From Basidiobolus meristosporus CBS 931.73 (Eukaryota > Fungi > Basidiobolomycota), in contig MCFE01000516.1 of the NCBI GenBank assembly GCA_002104905.1, positions 1 to 63,727 of the forward strand: a DNA stretch of 63,727 nucleotides, in the 5' to 3' direction. The notes under the pieces were generated by a model that was not told the DNA's origin, searched no databases, and saw nothing but the letters and a program-made list of their open reading frames with translations. This document shows positions 57,238 to 63,727 of this stretch, one piece after another. The translations under genes were made by a program, and so were the position numbers. Every line of letters starts with the position of its first letter. The first letter of the stretch is position 1.

Positions 57238-59421
57238 TGTTGTAATAATTTGTATTTCCACCTGAATATTCACCTAACTTAGTCACTTAGATCAACACCT
57301 TCAAATCCTAAAGTATACTGACCAAATTTCTTGCTGGGATCTACTTGGAATAGGTTTACCAAGATATCAGGTACTCACAACATGAAAACTCTCAAAGTTG
57401 TCCAAACTGCCCCAAAACTTTGTACACATTTTTGTGAGACCTTCTTAAATCTATTCTAGGTGTTGCAATATCAAGACCATGTAAAAGTCTAAATAATACC
57501 TTACATTCAATAAATCATAAAGTGGAAACTACATAATCTACTTGTTGTCCCAATCACTTTCAATATCTCCAAGTCTCTTACAATGGTAATGAGCCCAAAG
57601 CTGTCACTCTCTGCAATGTCTGCTAATGCTTTTAGTGAAATTTCTCCCTCTGCTGAAAAGTTGGATTGATCTAACTACCAAGTGTGGAAATTGAAAATGA
57701 AGATGCAGCTATAAGAAAGAGACCTATGTGATGCTGTGATTGGACAAGAATGCTCTCCTAAAATTGCAGGAGACTGCATTGGCCTTACTATTGAGATAAA
57801 TTGCATATTCAATACTCCACAGATATCAGCAAGTATTGCCTTGAGGATATTAGAAGACACCTACCAGTCATGTCCAGTGGCTAAGAAAATGTATCTTAAG
57901 CAAAAATTGGTGACTGCAAAGATACTTCCAGGAGAAGAAATGAAGAGTTTTATTAACCAAATTACCTTTTTGGTTGATCAGATGGAAGTTGTAGACATAA
58001 CAACCACTGATGAAGATATGACAGTTACCCTCCTGAGTAGCCTGATATATGAGCTTTAGGGTCTTGTATCAGTTCTATAGTCCAGAACTGAAGATTGGAC
58101 CTCAAATAACATAAATAGAAGGCCCTTGTATGAAGGATTAAAAAGTTCAAGTGCTGGTAATAAGGAAGAAGAAGAAATCTTTAATATGCAATGATAACCA
58201 ACAAGTGAGGTTCTCAAGACCCTGTAAAGGCAACTGCAACCTTTTTTGCAGCTACTGCCATAGGAAAGGACACACATCAGACTGATGCTTCAAAGAGAGA
58301 TACATGGTACAAAAAGCCTGAATATACAGATGCAGCAACATCTGAATATACTCTACTCATATCTGGACTAAATACAACTGCAAACTAGGATTCTCAGATG
58401 GGGTACATTGACTCTGGAGAATCTCAACACCTTACACACAAATAAGAACTTGTTACCCAGTGTCAAGATATTCCAATCAAGAAGGTTTTTATGGGTACAT
58501 TAGAACACTTGATGCAGTCAGGAAATTAACTATCCAATTAAACCTAAGAAGCAGTGAAGGAAGCTACACATTTACTTTTTAAGAAGTACCAGAAATTGCA
58601 AAGATCCTAATATCCCTAAGTAAGGTCACAGCAAAGGGACTCAGTATCAGTCTTGACAGTTCTGCATGTAGGTTAACTGATCAAAATGGGGTTCATGTTA
58701 CTTTGTGCATCAGAGATCAGAAGCTATATAAAAAGAATTATGTTCCATCACATCTGGAAGCCAATGTAAGTAACTTGAATGAAGGAACACCAATCTTTTG
58801 TTGTAATAATTTGCAATTCCACCCAAACATTCACCTAACTTAGTCACATAGATCATTAGCCTCAAATCCTGGAGTATTCTGACCAAATTCCTTGTTGGGA
58901 TTTACTTATAATGTTTTCATCAAAATACCAGGTACTCAAAACATGAAAATTCTGAAAGTTGTCCAAACAACCTCAAACTTTGCACACATGTTCCTGGGAC
59001 CTTCCTAAGCCTATTCTATGTGCTTGTTATCCCAAGACCATGTAAAAGTACTAATACTACTTTTACACTTAATAAATTATTAAGTGATAACCACATTATC
59101 TACTTGTTGTCCCAATCACTTCTATTAACTCCAAGATACTTACAACATGTTATGGCACAGGAGACTTGGACACATCAATTTTGAACATTTGGGCAAATTT
59201 TCCATAGATCAGCTAGTTTCTGGAGTAAAAATTGATCCCCAAGATGATTTGAAGCACTTTGAAGCATGCATGAATGGGAAACAAGCCAGAAAATAGGTCA
59301 ATAGCACTGGGCTAACCAAATAAGAAAAATTTGATCTAATTCTTTCATATCAGTGTGGACTGATGCAATATTTATTTTTAATTGGGATGAAGTATTAGTT
59401 TACTTTTATTGATGGTTATAC
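57238..59421 (+). mobile_element. Degenerate Ty1/Copia element X (LTR, PBS, gag, protease, GAG-pre-integrase, integrase start), interrupted twice by its own family
   Basis: LTR 57238-~57584; GGTAATGAGCCC; gag relic; YIDSGESQH; LWHRRLGHINF at 59150; integrase relic ...TFIDGY cut at 59421. Confidence 0.8.
58799..59147 (+). mobile_element. Copia LTR inserted inside element X
   Basis: TGTTGT...ACAACA full-length LTR directly before LWHRRLGH; no clean TSD. Confidence 0.85.
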
Positions 59422-61011
59422 TGTTGTAAAAGTTGGTAATTCAACTCAAGTATTCACCTAGCTTAGTCAGTTAGATCATTACCTTCAGATCCTAGGGAAT
59501 ACCGATTGAGTTCTTTGTCAGGATTTACTTAGAATATTTTTACCAAACTACTAGGCACTCAGAACATGAAAATTCTCAAAGTTGTCCAAACAGCCCCAAG
59601 CTTTGCACACATGCTCTTGGGACCTTCCTTAGCTTATTCAACATGTTTGTAATGCTAAGACCATGTAAAGGTATAAATACCACTTTTATATTCAATAAAT
59701 TATTAAGTGAGAACCACATAATCTACTTGTTCTCCCAATCCCTTCCAATACCTCCAAGACTTATGCACAGGTTATGAGCCCCAAGCTGTCACTATCTGCA
59801 ATGTCTACTACTGCTATTACTGGTATATTTCCCTCTGCCTTTGACTGCATTTGCCTTAACATCAAAGATAAATTGCAAATTCAATGCTCAAGAGCAAAAA
59901 TGGCAAAGAATGCCTGGAAGACATTGGAGGACACATACCCACAATGTTCAGCTGCCAAGAAATGTATCTTGGAGAAAATTCTTTACTAAAAAGATGCTGC
60001 CAGTAGAAGAAATGAAAGATCTAATTAACAGAAATAAATTACATATATGGAAAGCTCCTAGATAAAGAATTAAGAAAATCAAGCGCTAATAAGAAGGAAG
60101 AAGTAAATGCTTTAATAAGCAATAATAACCAACAAAGAAAGTACCCAAGACCCTTTAAAGGCAACTGCATCCAGTTCTGCAACTACTGCAAAAGGAAAGG
60201 AAACACAGTAGTCCTGTGCTTCAGAGAGAGAGATACTCAGCAAAGGAAGCCTGAATGGAAATGTGGTAACAACTGAAGATAGACTATTCATATCTGCACT
60301 AAATATGACCACAAGCAGGGATTCTCAGATGCAGTATATTGACTCTGGAGCATCTCAACACTTTATACACCAAAAAGAACTTTCTACCTAATTTCAAGAA
60401 ACTCCAATCAAGAAGGTTTTCATGCTGTGACATTGAGCTACTTGAGTTCCATCTTTGCAGCAAAGATACTGCTTTCTCTGCCTGAGTTATTGATTTCTTT
60501 GCACATATTATTGGCTGTGGTGGTGTATAGGTCCAAGGGAGAGATATGTCCAGCACCTCTCAAGTGTTTTGTGTGTGGGGTGCTCACTGGGTGCAATAAT
60601 CTCTGGCAAAAGCTTGCTAGGAATACTTGGGTTCTGTCTCTAATCCAATGTGATGGGGAATAATGTTGTAAAAATTTGTATTTCCACCTAAATATTCACC
60701 TAACTTAGTCACTTAGATCATCACCTTCAAATCCTAGAGAATACTGACCAAATTCCTTGTTGGGATTTACTTAGAATATTTTCACCAAAATACCAGGTAC
60801 CCAGAACATGATGATTCTCAAAGTTGTCCAAACAGCCCCAAACTTTGCACACATGTTCTTGGGACCTTCCTTAACCTATTCTATGTGTTTGTAATGCCAA
60901 GACAGGTAAAAGTATAAGTACTACTTTTACATTCAATAAATCATTAAGTGAAAACCACATAATCTACTTGTTCTCCAAATCACTTCCAATATCTCCAAGA
61001 CTCTTACAACA

Positions 61012-61023
61012 GGTTATGAGCCC
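61012..61023 (+). promoter_or_regulatory. Copia primer-binding site GGTTATGAGCCC (also at 59770)
   Basis: Reverse complement GGGCTCATAACC matches the initiator tRNA-Met anticodon arm, as in Drosophila copia and yeast Ty5. Confidence 0.8.
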
Positions 61024-61771
61024 CAAGCTGTCACTCTCTGCAATGTCTACTACTGCTATTACTGGAATTTTTCCCTCTGCTGAAAAGTTGGATGGATCTA
61101 ACTACCAAGTGTGGAAGGTGAAGATGAAGATGCTGCTACAAGAAAGAGGCCTTTGGGATATTGTCATGGGAGAAGAATGCCCTCCTAAAAACGTGGGAGA
61201 GGAAGCCTTAAAGTACCAGAAGAAAGAACAAAGTGCCTTTACCTGCATTTGCCTTAATGTCAAGGACAAATTGCTAATTCAATGCTCAAGAGGAAAAATG
61301 GCAAAGAATGCCTGGAAGGCATTAGAAGACACCTACCAGTCATGTTCAGCTGCCAAGAAAATGTATCTGAGACAAAAATTCTTTACTATAAAGATGCTGC
61401 CAGCAGAAGAAATAAAAAATCTAATTAACAGAATTACCCTGCTGGAAGATGAGATGGAATCTGTGGGCGTTCCAACTACTGATGAGGATGTGATAGTTAC
61501 CATCCTGAATAGCCTGACAGACAAGTTTCAGGGCCTTGTATCAGCCCTAGAGTCCAGAACTGAAGATTTGACCTTAAATTACGTATATGGAAGGCTCCTA
61601 GATGAAGAATTAAGAAAATCAAGCGCCAATAAGAAGGAAGAAGAAAATGCTTTAATAAGCAATGATAACCAACAAAGGACGTACCTAAGACCCTACAAAG
61701 ACAACAGCAACCTATTTTGCAACTACTGCAAAAGGAAAGGACACACATCAGACCGGTGTGGTGGTGTATAG
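61016..61771 (+). CDS. Copia Gag (UBN2-type) with CCHC knuckle, open but truncated by deletion
   Basis: KLDGSNYQVWKVKMKMLLQERGLWDIV...AKNAWKAL...ILNSL...CNYCKRKGHTSDRC. Confidence 0.85.
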   Translation: MSPKLSLSAMSTTAITGIFPSAEKLDGSNYQVWKVKMKMLLQERGLWDIVMGEECPPKNVGEEALKYQKKEQSAFTCICLNVKDKLLIQCSRGKMAKNAWKALEDTYQSCSAAKKMYLRQKFFTIKMLPAEEIKNLINRITLLEDEMESVGVPTTDEDVIVTILNSLTDKFQGLVSALESRTEDLTLNYVYGRLLDEELRKSSANKKEEENALISNDNQQRTYLRPYKDNSNLFCNYCKRKGHTSDRCGGV

Positions 61772-61915
61772 GTCCAAGGGAGAGATACATCCAACACTTC
61801 TCAAGTGTTTTGTGTGTGGGGTGTTCACTGGGTGTGATAACCTCTGGCAAAAGCTTGCTAGGAATACTTGGGTTCTGTTTCTAATCTAATGTGAAGGGGA
61901 ATAAAGCCACAAGCT

Positions 61916-63727
61916 TGTCAAGGGAAAACTATTGAGCTACAATCCCCAACTTAGTTGGTGTCTTAACAAAAGTATGAGCTGGGTTCAGCGTCCTTTGAAA
62001 TGACAATGTACTAAAGCTTCCAAAGTCAAAACAACTGTAAACTCCACCAGCAGGGACTTGATAAGAATGCAGCTGTGGTCAATAGTTACAAAGACAGAAA
62101 AGTATCTTTGCCTGTACAAGAACAAACTTGGGAAAGAATCAAATATAATAAAAGATACCTACTCTGAGTATTCCTCACAAGTAGTGCCTCCAAGGTCAGT
62201 TGGCTGTCAGCGCGGTTTCCTGGGAGTGTCCTGTGGTCTAGGGTTGGAAGTTCAGGTAGCAGTAGGTAGCAGTGATCACACTAATCAACAAGTTGGTATA
62301 TTGATAAAAGGGATGATGATTTATTGTTGAGGGATAGCCTCCCTTATATACTTTTCTCACTGGCTAAGTGATTACTAATCATGGTGTTCCAGAAGGTTCC
62401 GGAGTTCAATAGAAATCTTAATGACATCAGAATGACCTAAGAATGTTCTAAGTAGGTGCCGGAAGGTTCTAAGAGGCACAGCACATCCAACCAATCAGGA
62501 ATCAGTATTCTGAAACCTGTGTAACATGGGGATACCATATACGGTATGGAGATGGTAGGGATGGTGACACGGGCTGATCATGTGTCACGGGTACTGGCGC
62601 GGGTACTTGCCTGATATAGAAGTACTTATAGCTAGTAATCTTACATAAAGTGAGGGGTAACTTATGCAATAAGGTAAGCAGGTGTGATAGTCAACCGGCT
62701 TATGGGATAGTACTGATTGGGTAAGACAAATGGGATAAAACTAAAATAAGTGTAGTAGAGATATAGGGAAGTAGAAAATAAGGGAATGAGCACATCTGTC
62801 AGTGGGTGTCACTGTCACCCCACTACATCCACCCCCCTCTCAGCTTTGAACTTGGGTCAAAGCAAACTAATCTTGATGTACAAAATTCCTATGCTTGAAT
62901 AACTTAAGTTGATTTCCAGCAACTGGTGCTCTCAACTGGGTGTTGTCAAGCTCAGATATGTAATAACTTCCATTTCCAATCACTTTGGAAATGAGGTAGG
63001 GGCCAGTCCATTTGTTGTCAAACTTCCGACTCCATTGTTTGTCCAAGGTAGAATTGTAGAGTAATACTGGGTCTCCTAGTGATAGTGGTTTTGGTCTTGT
63101 TGGGTGTGATTTGTCAAAGGGCACCTTGTTCTTTAGTTGTATATCCTTAAGTTGTTCAGCAGCTCTGCTGATATTCAAGTCATGGTGATCAAGTTGCTGT
63201 ATGCGAGTTGCAAGGAGGTCTTCAGTCTGCATATTGGATCTCCAATTCAATGAGTTCCAAGTGACTGTGTTTAACTCAACTGGTAGTATGCAGTCATGTC
63301 CATAGAGTAGTTTGAATGGCGATAATCCAGTTGTTCTCTTGGTAGTAATTCTATCTGCCCAGAGTGCAAGATGTAATTGCTGTGGCCACAGTGTTGTGTT
63401 ATTCTCACAGGCCTTGACAAGAGAGTTCACCAATGGTCCATGTCCTCTCTCTATCATTCCATTGGCTTGAGGGTGGTAGGTGGTTGTAAAAGCAATGTGT
63501 ATCTTGTACTTTGAGCACAACTCCTGGATCATTTGGGATGTCATCTCTCCTCTGTCAGCAACAAACTGTCGGATGCAGCCAATCTGCAGATGATGTCTTC
63601 AAGTATAAATCTCCATATGGTATGGCTGTTGTTGTTGGGCAAGGCTTGAGCCTCTGCCCATCCACTAAGGTCATCTCTAGCAACAATCAGGTACTTTTTT
63701 GATCCAGCTGTTGGCATGTGGACAAGG
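61916..63727 (-). mobile_element. 3' end of a Ty3/Gypsy retrotransposon: integrase (to 62867), PPT (~62828-62840), putative 3' LTR 62827-61916; continues beyond the window
   Basis: HMP...KYLIVARDDLSGWAEA, FVADRGE, YHPQANGMIERGH, SPFKLLYG, WTGPY; GAGAGGGGGGTGGA then TGTAG; LTR distal end inferred. Confidence 0.82.

Larger units (their letters stand above)
59422..61904 (+). mobile_element. Tandem non-autonomous Copia structure Y: LTR (59422-59769), deleted internal region, shared LTR (60664-61011), gag-only internal region, PPT; final LTR missing
   Basis: Both LTRs are followed by GGTTATGAGCCC; both internal regions end in the same ~140-bp block and purine tract (60520-60663 / 61764-61904); no RT or RNase H. 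Confidence 0.8.

Noticed and set aside
58794-59152. Target-site duplication for the LTR at 58799
   Set aside because: The flanks TCTTT and TGTTA do not match
48240-63727. RIP as the cause of transposon decay
   Set aside because: The visible deficit is in CG, with CA/TG abundant; RIP would deplete CpA and enrich TpA. Not computed
1-63727. tRNA, rRNA or CRISPR arrays
   Set aside because: No cloverleaf, rRNA segment or repeat-spacer array seen; the repeats are LTRs, paralogs or microsatellites

Overview
Eukaryotic, intron-rich (mostly ~50-190 nt GT-AG introns) fungal-type DNA. It most resembles an early-diverging lineage; Basidiobolus-like is plausible but is inference only. There are three zones. 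(1) 1-25 kb is a dense run of mostly single-copy genes: a SulP/STAS 3' end, MET2, GGTase-I beta, a Cid1-type nucleotidyltransferase, OHCU decarboxylase, an LRWD1/ORCA-like WD40, a Kre9-like GPI protein, a CEP95-like protein, a Frizzled-CRD-like membrane protein, a PX-PB1 protein, RACK1 with an intronic U24 snoRNA, a fasciclin, KIN1 and a C2H2 factor. (2) 27-48 kb is a head-to-tail, minus-strand array of non-housekeeping AsnB-like glutamine amidotransferases. It holds five apparently intact 8-exon genes and two internally deleted pseudogenes, with a possible eighth relic. The copies are patchwork-homogenised, yet keep a hypervariable segment in the synthetase domain, and four promoters share a CGG-N14-CCG motif. 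This array is the best candidate for an undescribed system: a diversifying carboxylate-amidation family. (3) 48-63.7 kb is a CpG-depleted transposon island with a decayed CACTA/CMC element, nested, tandem and solo Ty1/Copia LTR elements, and the 3' end of a Ty3/Gypsy element. Family calls come from motifs read by eye and recalled consensus sequences. No searches were run, and gene spans include introns inferred by hand.
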